DNA of 55,401 nucleotides from Vicinamibacterales bacterium. GTDB lineage: Bacteria > Acidobacteriota > Vicinamibacteria > Vicinamibacterales > SCN-69-37. The translations under genes were made by a program, and so were the position numbers. Shown piece after piece: positions 1 through 9,045 of this stretch. The first letter of the stretch is position 1; each line of letters starts with the position of its first letter. The notes beneath the pieces were generated by a model. That model was given only the letters and a program-made list of their open reading frames with translations. It ran no database searches and was not told where the DNA came from. Location of the stretch: NCBI GenBank assembly GCA_035711465.1, contig DASTCC010000256.1:1-55401 (forward strand), in the 5' to 3' direction.

Positions 1-677
1 GAGACGCCGAACACCTCCGCGCCTTCGACGAACGTCACGCCGGCGGCGGTCGCCTCGCGGGCCAGCGCTTTCACCGCGCGATACGGTTCGCAATGGGCAT
101 CGTCAGGAAAGAAGTAGCCGCCGACCTGCGCGCCGACGATCGCCGGCTCGCGCTCTCGGACGTCGTCGGCCGACCAGCGCTCGGCGCGGACGCCGTGACG
201 GACGACGAGATCGATCGAGCCGTTGGCGCCCTCGAACGACGCGGGGTTTTCGTAGACCGCGAGCAGTCCGTGCCGCTCGAAGCCGAACGGATCTGGCGAG
301 CGCGCGGCGAACGCTTCCCAGAGATCGACGCTGGCGCGGCAGAGCGTGACCAGCGCCTCCGCGCCGCGCTCGAACTTCGCTCGTCGCGACGCGAGCAGGA
401 AGCCGGCGAGCCAGCGCAGGTAGGAAGGATCGACGCGCGGCTGGACGTAGAGCGGACTCTCCGGATCGAGCATCCAGCGGAACGACTTGAACAGCATGTT
501 CGGATTGGCGAGCGGCACCGCCTGGGACGGCGTGAGCCAGCCGGCGTTGCCGAACGAACATCCATGTCCGATACGATCGCGCTCGAGCACGGTGACGGAT
601 GCACCGCGCCGCGCCAGCTCGAGCGCGCAGGCGACGCCGACCACACCGCCGCCGATGACCGCGACGTCCGCTTTCAC
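1..677 (-). CDS. FAD-dependent oxidoreductase, D-amino-acid dehydrogenase (DadA/DAO)-like; partial, 3' end beyond left edge
   Basis: Open to position 1, so absent from the ORF track. Own translation from GTG (677..675): VKADVAVIGGGVVGVACALELARRGASVTVLERDRIGHGCSFGNAGWLTP... This shows a GxGxxG dinucleotide-binding N-terminus plus the S-x-GNAG motif typical of the DAO family. Confidence 0.8.
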   Translation of the reverse strand, partial: MKADVAVIGGGVVGVACALELARRGASVTVLERDRIGHGCSFGNAGWLTPSQAVPLANPNMLFKSFRWMLDPESPLYVQPRVDPSYLRWLAGFLLASRRAKFERGAEALVTLCRASVDLWEAFAARSPDPFGFERHGLLAVYENPASFEGANGSIDLVVRHGVRAERWSADDVREREPAIVGAQVGGYFFPDDAHCEPYRAVKALAREATAAGVTFVEGAEVFGV

Positions 678-685
678 AACAGACC

Positions 686-1267
686 ATGATACGTAATGTA
701 AGACCCGTCCCGGATATGCATCCCCAGACACATGAGCTTCTGACCTACCTCGACGACTGCCGCAAGCGGCTGCGCGACGTCGTCGAGGCCGTTCCGGAGG
801 GGGACCGATCGCGGCGGCCGGCGGAAGGGCGCTGGTCGGTGGTCGAGATCCTCACGCACCTCGGCATCGTGGAGCGACGCGTCGCGACGCTGGTCAAGCG
901 CATGACCGATGGCGTACGACGGGGCGAGCCGGCAACCGCGGCGCCGTTCGAGCCGAGCGTGGCGATCGCAGCGATCGAGGGGCATGGCGCGCTCGATCGC
1001 TCGAGGAAGATCGTCGCGCCCGACGCCGCCATGCCGAAAGACGAGCTGACACTCGACGCGGCGTGGCAGTCGCTGGCAGCCTCGCGCGCGGCGATGCGCG
1101 ACGCGGTGCTGGCCGGCGACGGTCTCCCGCTGGCCGGCGCGACCACCCCGCACCCGGCCTTCGGCCCACTCAACACCTACGAATGGATCGCCTTCGTCGG
1201 CGGCCACGACCTGAGGCACGCGGACCAGATTCGCGAGACAGCGGAGCAGCTGAAAACAAGGAACTGA
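686..1267 (+). CDS. DinB-family (DinB_2) metal-binding four-helix-bundle protein
   Basis: ORF 686..1267. Conserved His pattern (WSVVEILTHL ... GGHDLRHADQI) typical of DinB/YfiT-like proteins. In-frame ATG at 716 is an equally plausible start, because the divergent gene starts at 677. Confidence 0.75.
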   Translation: MIRNVRPVPDMHPQTHELLTYLDDCRKRLRDVVEAVPEGDRSRRPAEGRWSVVEILTHLGIVERRVATLVKRMTDGVRRGEPATAAPFEPSVAIAAIEGHGALDRSRKIVAPDAAMPKDELTLDAAWQSLAASRAAMRDAVLAGDGLPLAGATTPHPAFGPLNTYEWIAFVGGHDLRHADQIRETAEQLKTRN

Positions 1268-1358
1268 TGTCGGGCTGCAGCCGACAGGCTGCAGGCTGCA
1301 GCCAGAGCAGCCCGCGGCCGCCGCCGCCCGCAACCCGCCGCAGCCCGCAGCCCGCGCC

Positions 1359-1403
1359 GGGGAGCACTTACGCGCCGCAAATTGCGGCGCGTAAGTGCTC
1401 CCC
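1359..1403 (+). terminator. Perfect 20-bp-stem hairpin downstream of the DinB gene
   Basis: GGGGAGCACTTACGCGCCGC-AAATT-GCGGCGCGTAAGTGCTCCCC followed by CTCTGTTT. A shorter hairpin CTGCAGCC-GACA-GGCTGCAG lies at 1275..1294. Confidence 0.6.
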
Positions 1404-1409
1404 CTCTGT

Positions 1410-1438
1410 TTGACTCCCCCCGACCGCGGGCCTATCAT
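1410..1438 (+). promoter_or_regulatory. Candidate sigma70-type promoter for the aminotransferase pair
   Basis: TTGACT (1410..1415), 17-nt spacer, TATCAT (1433..1438). About 90-nt leader before ATG 1536, which has a GGGAGG SD 6 nt upstream. Confidence 0.35.
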
Positions 1439-1535
1439 GACGCGGATCACGCCGTCAGTCCTCATCTTCGATACCCGTGCGCCGTCCCACGCCGGCCGGC
1501 CACCTTGACGGTTTCGGCACCTACGGGAGGCAGCG

Positions 1536-2753
1536 ATGTCGGTTTCACGACGCGGGTTCGTTCGCACTCTGACGGGCTATCCGCGGACCCCCTCGGCCAT
1601 GGCGTTGATGATCGGCGCGCGCGGCCGCGAAGACTGGGCCGCCGCCGAGCTCACGGAATTCGACGCGCAGCAGTCGGGCGCCACCCAGGCCGGACGCCGC
1701 GGCCGCGGCAATCGTCCGGAAGCGCCGCCCAACTCGATTCGACTGAGCAGCAACGAGAATCCGCTCGGTCCCAGCCAGGCCGCGCTCGCCGCCGCCGAGA
1801 AGGCGTTTCAGTTCGCCGGGCGGTATCCGATGAACGCGCAGCCGGCGATGAACGACTTCCGCGCGCTCGTCGCGAAGAAGAACGGCCTTCAGAACGATCA
1901 GGTCGCGCTCGGATCGGGCTCGGGCGAGATCCTCGACGGCGCGGTCCGTGCGTTCACGTCGGCCGAAAAGGGCCTGGTCACCGGTCTGCCGAGTTACGAA
2001 GATCCAGCCGGCAAAGCCAAACAGTTGAAGTCGGGCCTCAAGGAGATTCCGGTCGACGCCGCCGGCAAGCTCGACATCGAGAAGATGATCGCCGCTTCGA
2101 CCGGCGCCGGTCTGGTGTTCCTCTGCAATCCCAACAACCCGACGGCGACGGCGCACGGCAGCCAGGTGATCTCCGACGCGGTCGCGCGCATCACCAAGGC
2201 GTCGCCGGACACGGTCATTCTGATCGACGAGGCGTACCACGACTACGTCACCGATCCGTCCTACGCCACCGCGGTGCCGCTGATCGCGCAGTACAAGAAC
2301 GTCCTCGTCGCACGGACGATGTCCAAGGCGCACGGCATGGCGGGCCTGCGCCTCGGCTACGTGATGGGGCAGGCCGAGGTCGTCGCCCGCCTCGACAACT
2401 GGCTGATGCCCTACAACGTCAACGCGATGGCCGTCGGCGCGGCGACGGTCTCGCTCGCCGACGACGCGCAGCTCGCGCGCGAGAAAGCGCGCAACACCGA
2501 AGCGAAGAAGTTCACGGTCGACTTCTTCAAGTCGGCCGGCTACGAAGCCACCGACTCGCAGACCAACTTCATCTTCGTCAAGCTCGGCAAGCCGGCGAAG
2601 GATTTCCGCGACGCGTGCACGGTCAAGGGCATTCTCGTCGGCCGGGACTTCCCGCCGATGGAGAAGACCCACTGCCGAATCTCGATCGGGACGATGGAAG
2701 AGATGCAGAAGGCCGTGGACGTGTTCAAGTCGGTGCTCGGCGCCAAGGCGTAA
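1536..2753 (+). CDS. HisC-family class I/II PLP aminotransferase with twin-arginine N-terminus
   Basis: ORF 405 aa. N-terminus MSVSRRGFVRTL (S-R-R-x-F motif). Also NENPLGP, LCNPNNPT, IDEAYHDY and the PLP-lysine motif TMSKAHGMAGLRLGY, as in histidinol-phosphate aminotransferases. Confidence 0.85.
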   Translation: MSVSRRGFVRTLTGYPRTPSAMALMIGARGREDWAAAELTEFDAQQSGATQAGRRGRGNRPEAPPNSIRLSSNENPLGPSQAALAAAEKAFQFAGRYPMNAQPAMNDFRALVAKKNGLQNDQVALGSGSGEILDGAVRAFTSAEKGLVTGLPSYEDPAGKAKQLKSGLKEIPVDAAGKLDIEKMIAASTGAGLVFLCNPNNPTATAHGSQVISDAVARITKASPDTVILIDEAYHDYVTDPSYATAVPLIAQYKNVLVARTMSKAHGMAGLRLGYVMGQAEVVARLDNWLMPYNVNAMAVGAATVSLADDAQLAREKARNTEAKKFTVDFFKSAGYEATDSQTNFIFVKLGKPAKDFRDACTVKGILVGRDFPPMEKTHCRISIGTMEEMQKAVDVFKSVLGAKA

Positions 2754-2798
2754 GCCCGGCTGCCAACGTCAACTTCTTCTCACTGAGACGAGGTCATC

Positions 2799-3986
2799 AT
2801 GTCAGTTTCGAGACGGGCATTCATGGCGGCGGGCATCGGCGCCGGAGCAGTCGGCGCCGGCTATTACCTCACGGGCGGCAGGATCCTCGGCCCGTGGACC
2901 CGCGACGCCGGCGAGAAGGTCGCCGGTGCAGCACCGACGCGGCGTCTGCTGCTGCACAACAACGAGAACCCCCTCGGGCCGGGTGACAAGGCGATCGCGG
3001 CGATGAGAGCGAAGTTCACCGAGCGGGGCATCCCGCTCGCGCGCTACGGCTTCAGGTCGGGCGAGGTCGCCGAACCGCTGGCGGCCAAGTTCAGCTGCAA
3101 GACCGAGAACGTCATGCTCGGCTGCGGCTCGACGCAGATCCTGCGCAGCGCGACCCACGCGTTCACGACGAAGGACGCGGCGCTGATCACCGGCACGCCG
3201 AGCTACGAAGAGTGCCCGGACATGGCCAAGGTCGTCGGCTCGAAGATGGTCACGGTGCCGCTCACCGGATCGGCGCATCTCGACCTCGACGCGATGGCCG
3301 CGGCCTCCGCCGGCGCCGGTCTCGTGTTCCTCTGCAATCCCAACAACCCGACCGCCACGGTGCACGGCGCCAAGACGGTGCAGGACTTCGTCGAGAAAGT
3401 GCTGAAGGCGTCGCCGAAGACCGTGATCGCCATCGACGAGGCGTATCACGACTACGTCACCGACCCGAGCTACGCGACGCAGATCCCGCTCGCGCTCGAG
3501 AACCCGCAGGTCATCGTCGCCCGCACCTTCTCGAAGGCCTACGGCATGGCCGGTCTGCGGCTCGGCTACGCCATCGGCAGGAAGGAGACGCTCGACAAGA
3601 TGCGCGCCGTCCAGTTCGGCATGACGCTGAACGTGCTCGCGCTTGCCGCCGCGGTCGCGTCGATCCCGGACACGGCGCGTCTCGAAGAGGAGAGCCGCCG
3701 CAACACCGAGGCGCGCCAGTTCACCATGGACTGGTTCAAGCGCTCGGGCTATTCGATGACCGATTCGCAGTGCAACTTCATCTTCGTGAACATCGGCCGT
3801 CCGGCGAAGGAATTCCGCGACGGCTGCCGCGAGCACGGCGTGCTCGTCGGCCGCGACTTCCCGCCGTTCGAGAAGACCCACACGCGCATCTCGATCGGCA
3901 CGATGGAAGAGATGAAGGAAGCCGTGCAGGTCTTCGGGCAGGTCCTCGCCGTGACCAACGCGGCGTCGACGGGCACCGCGGCCTGA
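2799..3986 (+). CDS. HisC-family class I/II PLP aminotransferase with canonical Tat-type signal (paralog of 1536..2753)
   Basis: ORF 395 aa. MSVSRRAFMAAGIGAGAVGAGYYL = SRRxF plus a hydrophobic h-region. Same conserved blocks (NENPLGP, LCNPNNPTAT, IDEAYHDYVTDPSYAT, TFSKAYGMAGLRLGY, HTRISIGTMEEM). Confidence 0.85.
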   Translation: MSVSRRAFMAAGIGAGAVGAGYYLTGGRILGPWTRDAGEKVAGAAPTRRLLLHNNENPLGPGDKAIAAMRAKFTERGIPLARYGFRSGEVAEPLAAKFSCKTENVMLGCGSTQILRSATHAFTTKDAALITGTPSYEECPDMAKVVGSKMVTVPLTGSAHLDLDAMAAASAGAGLVFLCNPNNPTATVHGAKTVQDFVEKVLKASPKTVIAIDEAYHDYVTDPSYATQIPLALENPQVIVARTFSKAYGMAGLRLGYAIGRKETLDKMRAVQFGMTLNVLALAAAVASIPDTARLEEESRRNTEARQFTMDWFKRSGYSMTDSQCNFIFVNIGRPAKEFRDGCREHGVLVGRDFPPFEKTHTRISIGTMEEMKEAVQVFGQVLAVTNAASTGTAA

Positions 3987-3993
3987 TGCCGGA

Positions 3994-5346
<1,353 letters not shown>

Positions 5347-5445
5347 CTCGCGCAGTGTATACTGGCGCCCTTCCAAGCGGAATTCGGTGGCCCGAGCCTC
5401 AATTTCTGCCGAGTCTGATGGGATCGGGACGAGGAGAATCGCTGT

Positions 5446-6663
5446 ATGACACGGAGCCGGAGTCTCTCGACCGCCGCTGGCGCGCTCGCGCTTGCGGCCG
5501 CGGTCGCCGGTCAGGGCTGGTGGCACGGCGCGCTCGACGCGCAGACGGCGGCGCCGACCTATCAGGTCGATCCGCTGTGGCCCAAGCCGCTGCCCAATCA
5601 CTGGATTCTCGGATCGGTGACGGGCGTCGCGGTCGACGCGCGCAACCACGTCTGGGTCGTGCACCGCGGCCAGGCCTCGCTCAACGCGCGCACGGAAGCG
5701 GCGCTCAATGCGAATCCGCCGGGCGCCGAGCACTGCTGCGCCGCCGCGCCGCCGATTCTCGAGTTCGATCAGGCCGGCACGCTGGTCGGCCACTGGGGCG
5801 GGCCCGGCACCGGCTTCGACTGGCCGCAGACGCCGGGCGGCATCGCCGTCGATCGCGACGGCAACATCTGGATTGCCGCGGCCGGTAACGATCCCGCGCC
5901 GGCGGGACGGGGCGGACGCGGTGGACGCGGCGGTGGCCGCGGCGGCGGTGAGGCGGCGGCTCCGCCACCGGCCGATGCGCAGGTGCTGCGCTTCTCGCGG
6001 GGCGGCCAGTTCCAGATGCAGATCGGCAAGGCCGGCCAGGTCGGCAACGCCACGAGCGAGACGTCGCTCAACCGTCCCGCCGACGTCGCCGTCGATTCGG
6101 CCGCCGGCGAGGTCTACGTTGCTGACGGCATGGCCGGACGCCGCGTCGTCGTCTTCGATGCGAAGACCGGCGCGTTCAAGCGCGCGTGGGGCGCCTACGG
6201 CAAGCCGGCCGACGACACCGCGCAGATCGCGCCCTACGATCCGGCCGAGACCGCGCCGCAGCAGTTCCGCGGCGTCAACTGCGTCGCCGTCTCGAACGAC
6301 GGCCAGGTCTACGTCTGCGATCGCGCCAGCAATCGCATCCAGGTCTTCAAGAAGGACGGCACGTTCGTCAAGGAGATGGTGATCTCGAAGACGACGCGCG
6401 GCCGGGGCGCGGTGTGGGACATCGCGTTCTCGAACGACCCGCAGCAGCAGTTCCTGTTCGTCGCCAACGGCCAGGAGCAGAAGGTGCACATCCTGCGGCG
6501 CGACTCGCTCGAGGTGGTGAGCAGCTTTGGCGCCGGCGGCCGCTGGCCGGGGACGTTCACTGCGGTGGGCAGCGTCGCCGTCGACTCGCAGGGCAACGTC
6601 TACACGGGTGAAACCCTGGAAGGGAAGCGCGTGCAGAAATTCGTGAGAGGCGGTGCGCGATGA
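5446..6663 (+). CDS. Secreted NHL-repeat six-bladed beta-propeller, peptidyl-alpha-hydroxyglycine alpha-amidating lyase (PAL)-like, with RGG-rich insert
   Basis: Signal peptide MTRSRSLSTAAGALALAAAVA. NHL-type blades (VAVSNDGQVYVCDRASNRIQVFKKDGTF; VAVDSQGNVYTGE). Low-complexity insert GRGGRGGRGGGRGGGEAAAPPP. Confidence 0.7.
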   Translation: MTRSRSLSTAAGALALAAAVAGQGWWHGALDAQTAAPTYQVDPLWPKPLPNHWILGSVTGVAVDARNHVWVVHRGQASLNARTEAALNANPPGAEHCCAAAPPILEFDQAGTLVGHWGGPGTGFDWPQTPGGIAVDRDGNIWIAAAGNDPAPAGRGGRGGRGGGRGGGEAAAPPPADAQVLRFSRGGQFQMQIGKAGQVGNATSETSLNRPADVAVDSAAGEVYVADGMAGRRVVVFDAKTGAFKRAWGAYGKPADDTAQIAPYDPAETAPQQFRGVNCVAVSNDGQVYVCDRASNRIQVFKKDGTFVKEMVISKTTRGRGAVWDIAFSNDPQQQFLFVANGQEQKVHILRRDSLEVVSSFGAGGRWPGTFTAVGSVAVDSQGNVYTGETLEGKRVQKFVRGGAR

Positions 6664-7862
6664 CGAGCGGAGGCACCATGACGCGATCGCGCAACTTCAT
6701 CATCGGATTCGGTTTTGTCGCCGCGTTCGTCGCGCTCGGCATCGTCGAGCGCGGCCTCGCTCGCCGCGCCGAGCAGCAGAACGCGCAGCTGGTCGAGGCG
6801 CCGAGGTTCGAGGTCGATCCCGCGTTCCCGAAACCGCTGCCCAACGGCTGGCTGATCGGCATGACCATCGGCATCGGCATCGATGCCGAGGATCACATCT
6901 GGATCGTCCATCGCCCCGACACGCTGTCGGCCGACGAGACCGCGGCGTCGCAGAATCCGCCGACGGCGGCCTGCTGCAAGGCGGCGCCGCCGGTGCTCGA
7001 GTTCGATCAGCAGGGGAACCTGATCGGATCGTGGGGCGGACCGGGCGAGGGATACGACTGGCCCGAGTCGAACCACGGCATCTTCGTCGATCACAAAGGC
7101 ATCGTCTGGATCGGGGGCAACGGCACCAAGGACGCGCACGTCCTCAAGTTCACGCAGCAGGGCAAGTTCATCGCGCAGTTCGGCAAGATGGGCCAGAACC
7201 AGGGCAGCAACGACACCGCCAACTTCGGACGCGTCGCGAAGATCATCGTCGACCCGCGCGCCAACGAGGCGTATCTCGCCGACGGCTATCTCAACAAGCG
7301 CGTCGCCGTCATCGACGCCGACACCGGCGCCTTCAAGCGCTACTGGGGCGCCTACGGCAACAAGCCGGACGACACCAACCTCGGCCCCTACGACCCGACC
7401 GCGCCGCCGGCGCAGCAGTTCCGCAATCCGGTGCACTGCTCGGATCTGTCGGTGGACGACCTCGTCTACGTCTGCGATCGCCCGAACGACCGGATTCAGG
7501 TGTTCACGAAGGAAGGCAAGTTCGTGAAGGAGAAGTTCATCGCCACCAAGACGCTCGGCGATGGCTCCACCTGGGACGTCGCCTTCTCGCGCGACCCGCA
7601 GCAGAAGTACATGTACGTGGCGGACGGCAAGAACGAGCGCATCTACGTCCTCGACCGCCAATCGCTCGAGATCCTCACCGAGTTCGGCGACGGCGGCCGT
7701 CAGCCGGGCCAGTTCTTCGCGGTGCACAGCATCGCCACCGACTCGCGCGGCAACCTGTTCACCACCGAAACCTACGAAGGCCGCCGCCTGCAGAAGTTCA
7801 CGTACAAGGGCATCGCCAAGGTCCCCCGAGTGCAGGGCGTGGTCTGGCCGAGCGGCAAGTAG
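6660..7862 (+). CDS. Membrane-anchored NHL-repeat beta-propeller, PAL-like (tandem paralog)
   Basis: ATGA start/stop overlap with the upstream gene (6660..6663). N-terminal TM FIIGFGFVAAFVALGIV. Collinear with the upstream paralog (FEVDPAFPKPLPNGWLIG, VYVCDRPNDRIQVFTKEGKF, IATDSRGNLFTTE) but lacks the RGG insert. Confidence 0.7.
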   Translation: MTSGGTMTRSRNFIIGFGFVAAFVALGIVERGLARRAEQQNAQLVEAPRFEVDPAFPKPLPNGWLIGMTIGIGIDAEDHIWIVHRPDTLSADETAASQNPPTAACCKAAPPVLEFDQQGNLIGSWGGPGEGYDWPESNHGIFVDHKGIVWIGGNGTKDAHVLKFTQQGKFIAQFGKMGQNQGSNDTANFGRVAKIIVDPRANEAYLADGYLNKRVAVIDADTGAFKRYWGAYGNKPDDTNLGPYDPTAPPAQQFRNPVHCSDLSVDDLVYVCDRPNDRIQVFTKEGKFVKEKFIATKTLGDGSTWDVAFSRDPQQKYMYVADGKNERIYVLDRQSLEILTEFGDGGRQPGQFFAVHSIATDSRGNLFTTETYEGRRLQKFTYKGIAKVPRVQGVVWPSGK

Positions 7863-7868
7863 CCCCGG

Positions 7869-7923
7869 GGGTCGGAGCAGGGTCGGAGCAGGGTCGGAGT
7901 AGGGTCGGAGCAGGGTCGGAGCG
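7869..7923 (+). repeat. Five tandem copies of 11-nt unit GGGTCGGAGCA
   Basis: Copies at 7869, 7880, 7891 (GGGTCGGAGTA), 7902 and 7913 (GGGTCGGAGCG). The array starts 7 nt after the TAG stop of gene 6660..7862. Confidence 0.9.
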
Positions 7924-7952
7924 GCACCAGACCAGGGTCAGACCGACATCAG

Positions 7953-7991
7953 AACGGGGTCAGCGCCGGGTTTACGGGCGCTGACCCCGTT
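7953..7991 (+). terminator. Hairpin terminator after the NHL gene pair
   Basis: AACGGGGTCAGCGCC (7953..7967), 9-nt loop, GGCGCTGACCCCGTT (7977..7991): perfect 15-bp stem. No long T tract. Confidence 0.55.
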
Positions 7992-8002
7992 AAACTTCTT
8001 GC

Positions 8003-8926
8003 ATGCGTCCTGGCATCGTCCCTGTTGCAGTTCTCGCAATCGCCGTTTCGATTCCGATCGCCGGCGCGACGCTGACACAACCGGCGTCGCCACAAGCCGC
8101 GGTCGACGACCTGCTCGCCGCCGATCGCGCCTTCTCGGCCGCGGCGGCCAAGACCGACGTCGTGACCGGCCTCACAGCGATGTTCGCGCCGGACGTGATC
8201 ATGCCGACGGCCGCGAACGTCTTCGCCGACGGCCGTGACAAGGCCGCGGAGGCGCTTCGCGCCAATCCCGACAACTCGAAGTCCCGTGTCGAATGGGCGC
8301 CGGTGCGCGGCGGCATCTCCGCCGACGGCCAGCACGGCTTCACCTTCGGCTTCATGACGCTCCATCGTCCCGACGGCACCACCGTGCCGATCAAGTACTT
8401 GTCGTACTGGATTAAATCGCGCGACGGCTGGCGCGTTGCCGGCTACAAGCGCCGGCCGCGTCCCGTCGGCGACGTGACGACGACGCCGATGGCGCCGGCG
8501 ATGCCGGCGCAGCTGATCGCGCCGATTACCGACGCCAGCGCGATCGCGAAGCATCGAAGCAGTCTCGAAGAGGCCGAGCGCGCGTTCTCGCGCGACGCGC
8601 AGACGATGGGGATCGGGCCGGCGTTCGAGCAGTACGGCAGCGCCGACGCGATGAACATGGGCGGGCCGGAGGACGCCGGCTTCGTGATCGGATCGGCCAC
8701 GATCGGCCGCAATGTCGGCGCCGGCAGCCCGCCCAACACCAGTCCGGTCGTGTGGGCGCCGGATCACAACGCGTTCGTCGCGTCGAGCGGCGATCTGGGC
8801 GTGACGTTCGGATACATCCGCGCCAAGGCCAACGGCCCGGACGGCAAGCCATCGGCGCCGAGTCCCTTCTTCACGGTGTGGCGGCGCGCGTCCGCGACGG
8901 CGCCGTGGAAGTACGTGGCCGAGTGA
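8003..8926 (+). CDS. Secreted protein with two NTF2-like (DUF4440/SnoaL-like) halves
   Basis: Signal peptide MRPGIVPVAVLAIAVSIPIAGA. Each half opens with an L..ADRAFS / EEAERAFSRDA helix, as in DUF4440-type NTF2 folds. Assignment is by motif resemblance only. Confidence 0.5.
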   Translation: MRPGIVPVAVLAIAVSIPIAGATLTQPASPQAAVDDLLAADRAFSAAAAKTDVVTGLTAMFAPDVIMPTAANVFADGRDKAAEALRANPDNSKSRVEWAPVRGGISADGQHGFTFGFMTLHRPDGTTVPIKYLSYWIKSRDGWRVAGYKRRPRPVGDVTTTPMAPAMPAQLIAPITDASAIAKHRSSLEEAERAFSRDAQTMGIGPAFEQYGSADAMNMGGPEDAGFVIGSATIGRNVGAGSPPNTSPVVWAPDHNAFVASSGDLGVTFGYIRAKANGPDGKPSAPSPFFTVWRRASATAPWKYVAE

Positions 8927-8993
8927 CGATTTTCTCCCGATCCCGAGCATTCAGAGCCGAAGACGGCCGATCGGATCGAATTGGTCGAGCGGG

Positions 8994-9020
8994 TTAGCAA
9001 GCCTCAGTCAGTTCTATAAT
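8994..9020 (+). promoter_or_regulatory. Candidate promoter of the TPR-CHAT gene
   Basis: TTAGCA (8994..8999), 15-nt spacer, consensus TATAAT (9015..9020), 25 nt before ATG 9046. No SD visible. Confidence 0.3.
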
Positions 9021-9045
9021 CCTGGCGGGCTCCCCAGCCACGGCC

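Noticed and set aside
1382-2986. 534-aa plus-strand ORF overlapping both aminotransferase genes
   Set aside because: Out of frame with ORFs that carry complete PLP-aminotransferase motifs. It starts inside the terminator hairpin.
5347-6489. Upstream 381 codons of the 831-aa minus-strand ORF 3994..6489
   Set aside because: Antisense to the well-supported PAL-like gene 5446..6663. The composition is Arg/Ala/Gly/Asp-rich shadow sequence with no motifs. A good start with a signal-like N-terminus exists at 5346.
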